Part shown: one piece after another, positions 41,130 to 48,581 of the stretch
Position numbering within the stretch: the stretch's first letter is position 1
How the letters are laid out: each line of letters begins with the position of its first letter
Source of the DNA: a virus
Taxonomy: Duplodnaviria > Heunggongvirae > Uroviricota > Caudoviricetes
IMG/VR virus record: IMGVR_UViG_3300028886_000031
Coordinates: 152,485-216,484 of that record
DNA: 64,000 bases
Strand: one strand, 5' to 3'
Program-made: the position numbers and the translations under genes
The notes under the pieces: model-generated
The model's input: the letters and a program-made list of their open reading frames with translations, nothing else
Databases searched by the model: none
Told to the model about the DNA's origin: nothing

Positions 41130-41543
41130 ATGACAAAAGTTATTCTAGAATGGAATCAAAAGCATATTCTAAAAGAAGATACAGCACAAGCAGTTATTGG
41201 AGCTGGATCTGGAGCTATAGGAATGGCATTCGGTGAATGGTTATTGCATTGGGTTAAAGAACTTAAAGCAGTTATTTATAACGCTAATACGATAGAAGAA
41301 GTTAAAGAATGGTATGATAAAAACATTGTAGATGATGATGCCATTTATTGGACACGTAAAAACTTGCTTAAAACAGATTATTTTAGTAGAGCACTTGGTA
41401 TGATGATGGAAAACCATGATCCAAACTGGAAAGAAAAACTCTTAAGAAGATGTAATAAAAGTATCTTTTTAACAAGAGCTAGTGGTGCAATTATGACAGG
41501 TCTCTTAACTGTCAAGGGTGCACTAACAAATAGTTATCAATAA
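41130..41543 (+). CDS. Divergent member of the glycine-zipper family
   Basis: GAGSGAIG helix; shared central motif (NTIEE...PNWKEKLL). Confidence 0.75.
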   Translation: MTKVILEWNQKHILKEDTAQAVIGAGSGAIGMAFGEWLLHWVKELKAVIYNANTIEEVKEWYDKNIVDDDAIYWTRKNLLKTDYFSRALGMMMENHDPNWKEKLLRRCNKSIFLTRASGAIMTGLLTVKGALTNSYQ

Positions 41544-41568
41544 GATAACTTTAAATAATTCAATGTAA

Positions 41569-41583
41569 CTATATATATTATCT
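41569..41583 (+). promoter_or_regulatory. Early-type promoter driving the pentamer array
   Basis: CTATATATATTATCT. Confidence 0.6.
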
Positions 41584-41589
41584 CTTAAT

Positions 41590-42290
41590 GGTAGGAGGAA
41601 GATTGGGATTTTTTCCATTCTTCCTCCGTAAATCCTAGTAAAAGAAACAGAGAAGATATGTGGCGAAGGGAGTTGACGAGACACGGAAGAGACGAGAGTC
41701 GATTTGATACGAATGGAAATGGAATCGACGGGAGACGAGCGGTAGCGATTCTAGTCGAGATGGATGGGAATAGAGTCGATTGGTCACGACACGAATGGAT
41801 ATGACATGGAAAAGAACAGTTAGGATAGGATACGAGAAGGAAAGGAATAGTCACGATGTGTTTTGAGACGGAGAGGAACTGATATGACTAGAATGGACGC
41901 GAATAGATAAGGATACGAAGCAAGAGGAGACGAACCGTTACGATAAGGAGAAGATTGGACCTGATTCGACGTGAGATGAAACAGAAGAGAAGAGTAGCGT
42001 AGGGATTTGACTGGAGTGGAGACGGAAAAGACTGGAGGTGTGCTGAGGTGACAAGAGACAGAGAGGATTCGGGACGTGTCGACAGGTGGAGACGCGAATA
42101 GATAGGGAATGGAAAAGAGCGGATGGGAGTCGAACAGAGGCGAGTTGAGACGGAATGGATGAGATACAACGGGATACGAATGGAAATGGATGTGAGCCGA
42201 AAGGATAGGAATTGATCCGTATCTCACTTCAAGAAAAGAATTTCCAAAAGGTTCTTTTACATCCTATTCTATAGGATGTTTTTCTTGACT
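41590..42290 (+). ncRNA. Putative guide-RNA precursor (VIPR-like) containing the pentamer array
   Basis: Promoter motif, 5' hairpin 41594-41627, array, 3' hairpins with T tract about 42227-42290; no + strand ORF; RAMP gene nearby. Confidence 0.7.
41644..42218 (+). repeat. 5-nt periodic array (G[A/T]NNN)n in 15 blocks separated by GANANR hexamers
   Basis: Hand parse: 111 units, 108 start with G, 95 with GA, 12 with GT; a 1-nt phase slip ends each block. Confidence 0.95.
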
Positions 42291-42409
42291 TGTTTTATTA
42301 ATAAAATAGATTATCTTTACTATATATATAATATTTCAGATGGAATCTCTGTAATGTATCTTTTCTGTTAGATACATGGATATCCATCGTAATCAAAAAG
42401 GAATTCAAA

Positions 42410-42724
42410 ATGACAAAAGAAGAGGTTAATGAGAATTTCGATTCTGCGGCAACAAAGCTGCTGGAGGCACTCATGAAGAGTGACCTTGAACATTATCGTG
42501 CTACCTGGACTTTTAATGATTGTGTTTATGGCGTTGAATTCTGGAAACCGGAACTCAAATTCATGAATTACAAGCACAGAACGTTTGTCTTTACCCCAGG
42601 AAAAGACTTTCCTGTGGAGATGGAATTGAAGATGACGTTTTTGATTAAGTTTCAGGAAATTTGGAAAGGGCACATGGACATTGTCAGAAAGCGTGACCAA
42701 GATTTGGATGCGTTTACTCTTTGA
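42410..42724 (+). CDS. Hypothetical protein (104 aa) between the array and the RAMP gene
   Basis: SD AAAAGGAA; own early-type motif at 42320; GC-richer codon use. Confidence 0.8.
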   Translation: MTKEEVNENFDSAATKLLEALMKSDLEHYRATWTFNDCVYGVEFWKPELKFMNYKHRTFVFTPGKDFPVEMELKMTFLIKFQEIWKGHMDIVRKRDQDLDAFTL

Positions 42725-42814
42725 ATGTGTGAGGACAAGGCTAGATCTTTTATAGATTGATGCCTTGTTTTTTTGAAAAATAATTCTTCTAAACTTAAAA
42801 ACAACAATAATATC

Positions 42815-42829
42815 CTATATATATAATAT
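42815..42829 (+). promoter_or_regulatory. Early-type promoter of the RAMP gene
   Basis: CTATATATATAATAT. Confidence 0.6.
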
Positions 42830-42930
42830 ATTGATAGTGGTGAGATGTGTCTTACGTTATTGGTTGAAAGACCATTTTAACAAGAGACTCATTGAACCAT
42901 AAAACAACAACCGAAAGGAGAAAAAAAGAA

Positions 42931-43638
42931 ATGGGAACAAAAATCAAAGTGCGGTTCACGACCGTGCAGCCCATATTGGGCATGACGTCCGAGAATGAGG
43001 CGTTGTATGACGCCCACATCCGGATGAGGGACAAAAAACTTGGGGTGAGAGCGGCGACCCTCATTCCTACGGAAAAGAGAGAACAGGAACTTGCTGCAAT
43101 CCGTCTTGCAAGAGACGAAGTGCGGCAGGAGAACGCCGAACGTTCACGTAACTTGTTTCCTCGCTCTACCACTGATACAAACCATCCACCGATCTGGTAT
43201 GCCAGTCAGATGAAGGGTTTCTTGAAATCCTCATTCGAAGCCCTTCTTCAGACGGACAAGGCTCTGTGGCAAAAGAGCAAGGGATGCCTTTTGAATCCCT
43301 ATAACGTTAAGAAGCGTGTCGACCAACTTATTCTCGTTACGCCAGACGAGATTATCATTCACATACCTGAAGGAACAGGGATTGGATGGTGCCAGAGACC
43401 TCTATTTCGACAGGATGAACATAATTCCGAGGTCAAGAAGTCCTCGATGGCTTGTTCTGAGGAAATTGGTGCAGGAGCGTGGTTTGAGTTCGAGGTTACT
43501 GTTCTGAACTCAAAATACGTTCCTTACATCAAGGATGCGTTTGCCTATGCACAGGTTGTCGGCTTCGGAGGTTGGCGCGGGTCTGGTGATCGTGGCAAAG
43601 CTACTTTTGAGATTCTCTCTGAAGAGAATTTTGAGTAG
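42931..43638 (+). CDS. Stand-alone Cas7/RAMP-fold protein (Vipr-like), 235 aa
   Basis: SD AAAGGAG, ATG 42931; RAMP motifs IKVRFTTVQPILG (beta1), PIWYASQMKGFLKS (P.IPGSSLKG-like), CQRPL, C-terminal G-loop GFGGWRGSGDRGKATF. Confidence 0.8.
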   Translation: MGTKIKVRFTTVQPILGMTSENEALYDAHIRMRDKKLGVRAATLIPTEKREQELAAIRLARDEVRQENAERSRNLFPRSTTDTNHPPIWYASQMKGFLKSSFEALLQTDKALWQKSKGCLLNPYNVKKRVDQLILVTPDEIIIHIPEGTGIGWCQRPLFRQDEHNSEVKKSSMACSEEIGAGAWFEFEVTVLNSKYVPYIKDAFAYAQVVGFGGWRGSGDRGKATFEILSEENFE

Positions 43639-43663
43639 TTAGCAACAAACAGGCAAAAACAGG

Positions 43664-43697
43664 AAGGTCTAGTAGCGAAATGCGAACGACCTTTTTG
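43664..43697 (+). terminator. Dispersed terminator element after the RAMP gene
   Basis: AAGGTCTAGTAGCGAAATGCGAACGACCTTTTT. Confidence 0.75.
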
Positions 43698-44138
43698 TTC
43701 GAAACTTTTATTTAACATGAAAAGATTTTGAATAGTATATATCATTATAAATTATGTGTATATGTTTAGCTCTGTCTTAGAAATTATTCTGAATTGATTA
43801 AGACTGAAAGACTGTATAAAATAATAAAGTAGATGTCTGCCATAAGCATCGAATTCCTTGTAATGGGACGTCGAAATATTATTTTAACAAGATCTTAATC
43901 AATCGTATGTCTATAGAGAAGTACCCAGATTTCTCATTAGATATATTGTTAACCATCAGGATATTTTTTAAGTAGCAATACATTTAGATTTTGTTTTTCA
44001 ATCTTATAATGTAGGTATATACACATCCATCAATTACTCTGCAACCTATTGTTTACGATAACACACTCTTCCTTTCTGGTGTGTAATCTCTCCTGTTGTA
44101 CAATAGGTTGCAGAGAATTTTTTTAATAAAAATAAAAT

Positions 44139-44462
44139 ATGTATAACGATTTATTTCTGTTAGAATTTGCACAATCTGGAAGATTTGTGAGAAAATTAGA
44201 AAAGACTGGTGGAGATAGTGTTGTACAATCTATTTTAAAATGGGCTGGTCAAACTCCTAGACAAAGACATGCTAAAAGACTCCTTAAATTAAAAAACGCT
44301 TATGGATACGATGAAGATAAATTAAAGAGATTAGCATATGCAAACTGGCAACTCCATCATCCTGGAACAAAACCAACTAATGAGCAATTAATTGAAATTA
44401 TTAAAAAACTGCTAAAAGATAGAAATACAGAAATATCCCATTCTTGGACAACATTTTTCTAA
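44139..44462 (+). CDS. Basic hypothetical protein with MYNDLFLLE leader
   Basis: Leader resembles the family; AT-rich codons. Confidence 0.7.
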   Translation: MYNDLFLLEFAQSGRFVRKLEKTGGDSVVQSILKWAGQTPRQRHAKRLLKLKNAYGYDEDKLKRLAYANWQLHHPGTKPTNEQLIEIIKKLLKDRNTEISHSWTTFF

Positions 44463-44518
44463 GCAAAAAACCAGCTGAATTATTTCAACTGGCTTCCGAC
44501 AACTCCTTTCTTTTTCGA

Positions 44519-44713
44519 TCATGACGGTGGTGTCACCGCCAGAAAGATGTATCCGAGAATAATGAAAAGCAGCATGGTAATTACCATGCCAATAACTTCG
44601 CACGTAAACATGAAGCCACGTTTGAATTTAGACAATGGTTTGTAAAATGCTGCTTCATCCTCTCGCATGGTCCGAAGATACCAAGAATTCTGGTGTAATT
44701 TGTTTTCGCTCAT
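44519..44713 (-). CDS. Small single-pass membrane protein
   Basis: SD AAAGGAAAAAG; C-terminal TM helix; minus-strand early motif 44781-44795. Confidence 0.7.
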   Translation of the reverse strand: MSENKLHQNSWYLRTMREDEAAFYKPLSKFKRGFMFTCEVIGMVITMLLFIILGYIFLAVTPPS

Positions 44714-44861
44714 TTCTTTTTCCTTTCTTTGAGACAGATAGAGTTAGTTCACACGAACTATAGAAACCCCATCTTCTAGTCTATTATATATATAGAAAAA
44801 TCGTGATATATATAATATAGAAAGGTTGGACATGGTGTTTAACCACAAAAAAGGAGTCAAA

Positions 44862-45320
44862 ATGAACAAAGACATCATATACGTGGCAATTGTATTGGAT
44901 GAGAATTCCATACAAACGTGCAGAACTCTCTTCAAGCATTATTCTAAAATGCCAATCGAGGAACAATGGACCGTAAATCAGTTTACGGTCAGTTGTGATC
45001 ACATCACATTGGCATTCGGTGATGATGTAACTGATAACGTAGTCAATTGCATAGGAAGGCAAGTAACAGACATACAGCCACAAAGTTTGCTCGTGGATGA
45101 TTATGGCTGTTATGGTCTTTTCATTCCGAGGAAAGAGTTCTTGATTCGTGAAATCCCGTTTATGGGAAAATATGCTCATGTGACGCTCGGCCATCCTAAG
45201 GTTATCGTACCGCGTGAAGTGGGAATGATCCCAGAGAGAAATCATTACTGCATAAGGGTACAGAATCTTTCTCTCAGTGGGAAGATTATGTCTTTCTGTA
45301 TGGATGGAAAGTGGCACTAG
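44862..45320 (+). CDS. 2H-phosphoesterase-like protein (152 aa)
   Basis: SD AAGGAG, ATG 44862; two HxT motifs (DHITL, AHVTL); early motif 44805-44818. Confidence 0.7.
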   Translation: MNKDIIYVAIVLDENSIQTCRTLFKHYSKMPIEEQWTVNQFTVSCDHITLAFGDDVTDNVVNCIGRQVTDIQPQSLLVDDYGCYGLFIPRKEFLIREIPFMGKYAHVTLGHPKVIVPREVGMIPERNHYCIRVQNLSLSGKIMSFCMDGKWH

Positions 45321-46189
45321 CATAAAATCACACTAGCAACGGAAACTTCAGGACAGCAATGCCCTGGAGTTTTTGTTCTCTGTTTTTTACATAAAATAAT
45401 ATCATTTGAATATATTACATAAATGTCTTTTATTATTTAGAATGAAATAGACATGATATTTAAAAAGTAGAATCTAAATTGGATTTAATATATTTACTAT
45501 ATTTGGTATAAGCATCGAACTCCTTGTAATACTTGGTATCGTAAATGTATAAAAGAAAATCTAGAATCTATAAGTATTAGATATCATATCAAAAGTTCAT
45601 CATACATGTTAGTCCTAGCTGATATGCAGGTAATATAAAGACATTGTTATTTTTCAGTAGAATATATTATAGATATACTTGATTACATGTTCTTCTGTTC
45701 TATATATATAGATTAAATATTTTATTGTTATATATTTGATACTTATATTTCGTCTTTGCGGTTCGTTCCTATAAAAAGATTCCGTTTCGGTGGGCTTGGA
45801 GTCTTTTTGTAATCATACAACTACATGCCTCCAAGAATTAAGACATGTGGTTGTATGATGATTTTTTACTCATAGTGCACCAAACTTCTAAAAATAATAT
45901 TTCAGTTATTTTTAGATTTTAAATAAATAATTGTAACTGGCGGAATTGGTATTGTGATATCCATATTCCCCTTATATATCTGTTATGATATAAAAATGAT
46001 AATTTTATATCATAGTAGATATATAATACAAGAGTAATTTTATAAGTGAAAATTACTCTTAGAAATCACAAAATTACAGTGCGGATTAATCTTCCGCACT
46101 GTAAACGCTCGCTATTTTAAAAAAACAAGCATAACTATATATATAATATAATAGTTAACAATGACCAAACACGAGAAAGGAGTAAGAAA

Positions 46190-46630
46190 ATGTTTATCGA
46201 GGAATTCCAAAAAGAGCTAGAAGAAGCTAAAATTGAGATTGCCTCTTTAAAAGAGCAATTAGAAAATAAAACAAAAATAATAGATGATCTCTTAGATAAG
46301 AAGCCAATTAATATAGATGATCCAAAAGATGAGATAACTCCTTTGACAATGCTTAAGGAGATAATTCCAAGAATAGCATCTTATTGTGGTATTTTAAATA
46401 CAAAGAAAAAACTTAGTGACTGGTTGGATATCAAACCATCTGTTTTTCATTCTCTTGTCTTATCAAAACAGAGAGAGCTTAATAAACTTGGAGTTCATGC
46501 CGAAGAATCAAAACTTGCCATGTGGTGCTGGATTTTTCTTTACATCAAGGCATATCAAGATATAGATTTTCAAAGATATTGGAGAAAACTTGATCCAGAA
46601 GAGAGAAAGAAGAAAACGGACAAGTCTTAA
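46190..46630 (+). CDS. Hypothetical protein with N-terminal coiled coil
   Basis: SD AAAGGAG; early motif at 46135. Confidence 0.8.
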   Translation: MFIEEFQKELEEAKIEIASLKEQLENKTKIIDDLLDKKPINIDDPKDEITPLTMLKEIIPRIASYCGILNTKKKLSDWLDIKPSVFHSLVLSKQRELNKLGVHAEESKLAMWCWIFLYIKAYQDIDFQRYWRKLDPEERKKKTDKS

Positions 46631-46659
46631 CATAACTTATATTTTCTATATATATTAAC

Positions 46660-46780
46660 ATATAGAACTGGAAGTTTTCAGAAATGAACCTTTCTTCTGG
46701 TCCTAAAGAAAGACTGGAATGACGTAGACTATGTTTGGCTTTTACAGGTCTACGTCATTCCAGTCGCTTCTGTTTTTTTG
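46660..46780 (+). ncRNA. Candidate small RNA with a perfect 18-bp hairpin
   Basis: Promoter motif 46646; stem 46712-46729 / 46748-46765; T tract; only a 12-codon ORF inside. Confidence 0.5.
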
Positions 46781-47032
46781 GAATAAATTATGTTCTGAAT
46801 CTATAGTTGGTTATCTCCTTTACCAATCTCTTAGATTCAGAATATTCCACTCATTATCTTACTGGAATTCAATATATATTAATTAATGTTATGATGTTGG
46901 AAACAACTGATTAACGGTTGGATTGTTTTTATTCTCGTATTTATAAAAAATTATAAGGTATGTGTGCCGAATACGGGATACGCAACAATTCAACTTTATC
47001 TCAAACACAAAAAACAAAGAAGGAGCATTGAT

Positions 47033-47287
47033 ATGATGCCTCAAATACCCCTAGCAGAGGATAGCTATTATCCTACATATGCGGACATGGATAGATATTA
47101 CGCTACACAGAAACTTAATCCAGCTTTGTTAAATGAACCTAACCGGAATTCGAATATTTACTATAATGACGGAAAGCGTGTTTTTAAAGCAAATATGAAT
47201 TCTAGTGCGCTAGCTGGAGCCGCATGTGGTATGTTAGCTGGAGCTGCTTTGGGAATCTATTTATACAGAAGATACTGTGAAAACTGA
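47033..47287 (+). CDS. Small protein with C-terminal Gly/Ala TM helix (84 aa)
   Basis: SD AAGGAG, ATG 47033; ALAGAACGMLAGAALGIYLY. Confidence 0.75.
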   Translation: MMPQIPLAEDSYYPTYADMDRYYATQKLNPALLNEPNRNSNIYYNDGKRVFKANMNSSALAGAACGMLAGAALGIYLYRRYCEN

Positions 47288-47425
47288 TGTATAAATAGTA
47301 AGGTATAGAAACTATCGTTCATTGTATTTGATTGGACACAGGTTCCCGTGAACAGATACGTTTCTATATCTTTATACACAACATGGATGTTTAATAAATA
47401 TAAAACCACATAGTGAAAGTTAGTT

Positions 47426-47824
47426 ATGAGTGATAAGTTAAACTATAAACCTTCTGCTGTTTTTTTGGACAATAAAAATGGCTCTTACTATAGAAACATG
47501 TTTATGAATAATTGTAAGATGGGAATCCGGTATTGCAATAAGATAAAAACACAATTAAATACAATAAAACAGACAAAAGAGTTAATTAAAGAACTCGATT
47601 TGACAAGTGATCCAGATTACGAGCCGATACTTTCGGATATACAAGACATAGAGTTAAATCTACGTGAATTGAATAAAAAGATAGAGGCACTTTCTGAAAA
47701 ATATCAGTATAGATTTAATGAACTAGGTTCTAAAGACTTTCAGAAACTTCTTGACGAACATACTCAAAAAATTCAAGAACTGGAATCTAAAAATCAATAT
47801 GAAAGAACAGAAGTCAACGCGTAA
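47426..47824 (+). CDS. Coiled-coil hypothetical protein
   Basis: ATG ORF; heptad pattern. Confidence 0.7.
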   Translation: MSDKLNYKPSAVFLDNKNGSYYRNMFMNNCKMGIRYCNKIKTQLNTIKQTKELIKELDLTSDPDYEPILSDIQDIELNLRELNKKIEALSEKYQYRFNELGSKDFQKLLDEHTQKIQELESKNQYERTEVNA

Positions 47825-48260
47825 AAAACAAGGTGAATGGTTTTTTCTTCCTTGTGATGTCTATGAAGTTAGAATTGCTATGTATATTGGTGATTCTAAC
47901 ATATATTCAAGAAACGGCAAGAAATTTATATCTAAACATTTTAACAAAAACGCTAAGTCAATTTTAAAGGATATTAACGATTTAGTGAATGATAAAGAAA
48001 ACAATTGTGGCAATTGGTGTATGGATTGCAGGTATAACAACAGACAGGATATTATTATTTTTCTTGAAGAATTTAATGTATCAAACCTAGAAGATGTCGG
48101 TGTTTTTATACATGAATGTACACATGCAGTTTTTGATATTTTAAATTTTCGAAACGTTATAGAACAGCGTAATTCTAATAACGAAGCTGCTGCATATTTA
48201 ATGGAATACATTACAAAGAATTTTTTAGACCTTATTAAAAAAAAGGAAACACGAAAATGA
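47799..48260 (+). CDS. Zincin-like HExxH protein
   Basis: IHECTHAV ... NEAAAYLMEY. Confidence 0.75.
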   Translation: MKEQKSTRKKQGEWFFLPCDVYEVRIAMYIGDSNIYSRNGKKFISKHFNKNAKSILKDINDLVNDKENNCGNWCMDCRYNNRQDIIIFLEEFNVSNLEDVGVFIHECTHAVFDILNFRNVIEQRNSNNEAAAYLMEYITKNFLDLIKKKETRK

Positions 48261-48499
48261 AAGTATACATAAAGACAAAATCAATGGATAACCTAGCTAA
48301 TCAATTAATAGATGACTTGATGGAATTAGTCAATCTGGTATTTGAATTTTCTACTCCAGAAACTAAAAATGAAGATAAAACGTCATGTAAGAATAATAAG
48401 TCTACATCATGCAATAAAAGCTCTTGTCCATGTAAGAAAAATACAGAGGATGATATAGATTTTGATTCTCTTCCTATTCCAGAGACGGTTAAAGTTTAA
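48257..48499 (+). CDS. Small hypothetical protein
   Basis: ATGA coupling; SD AAGGAAA. Confidence 0.65.
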   Translation: MKVYIKTKSMDNLANQLIDDLMELVNLVFEFSTPETKNEDKTSCKNNKSTSCNKSSCPCKKNTEDDIDFDSLPIPETVKV

Positions 48500-48581
48500 A
48501 ATTCATATAGATCTTTCGATTTATAAGAATAAAATAAAAATATAAAAAATTTTTTATGCATAAAAACAATTGAGGTAAAAA

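Noticed and set aside
41644-42218. Calling the array a CRISPR array or simple microsatellite
   Set aside because: No 23-50-bp repeat with unique spacers, and three of five positions vary freely while the frame is kept, unlike slippage-derived satellites.
41585-42227. Minus-strand ORFs 41585-41854, 41820-42227 and 41888-42169
   Set aside because: Open only because the purine-rich + strand lacks TTA/CTA/TCA; a 5-nt period does not fit a codon repeat; no SD; promoter and terminator point to the + strand.
42830-42930. Self-target of the array in the RAMP gene promoter/leader (autoregulation)
   Set aside because: A by-eye test of block 1 dinucleotides in an NNx pattern against part of the leader did not match; only a full computational search is decisive.
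43842-45530. The 23-bp repeat as paralogous coding sequence (YKEFDAY on the minus strand)
   Set aside because: In-frame stops close by on both sides of the first copy and no ORF of 60 aa or more at either; treated as a DNA repeat.
15145-46765. Antisense pairing between the 46.7-kb hairpin RNA and the 15.1-kb leader (shared CTGGAATG and GTAGAC words)
   Set aside because: Only 8- and 6-nt matches in permuted order, both buried in stems; could be chance.
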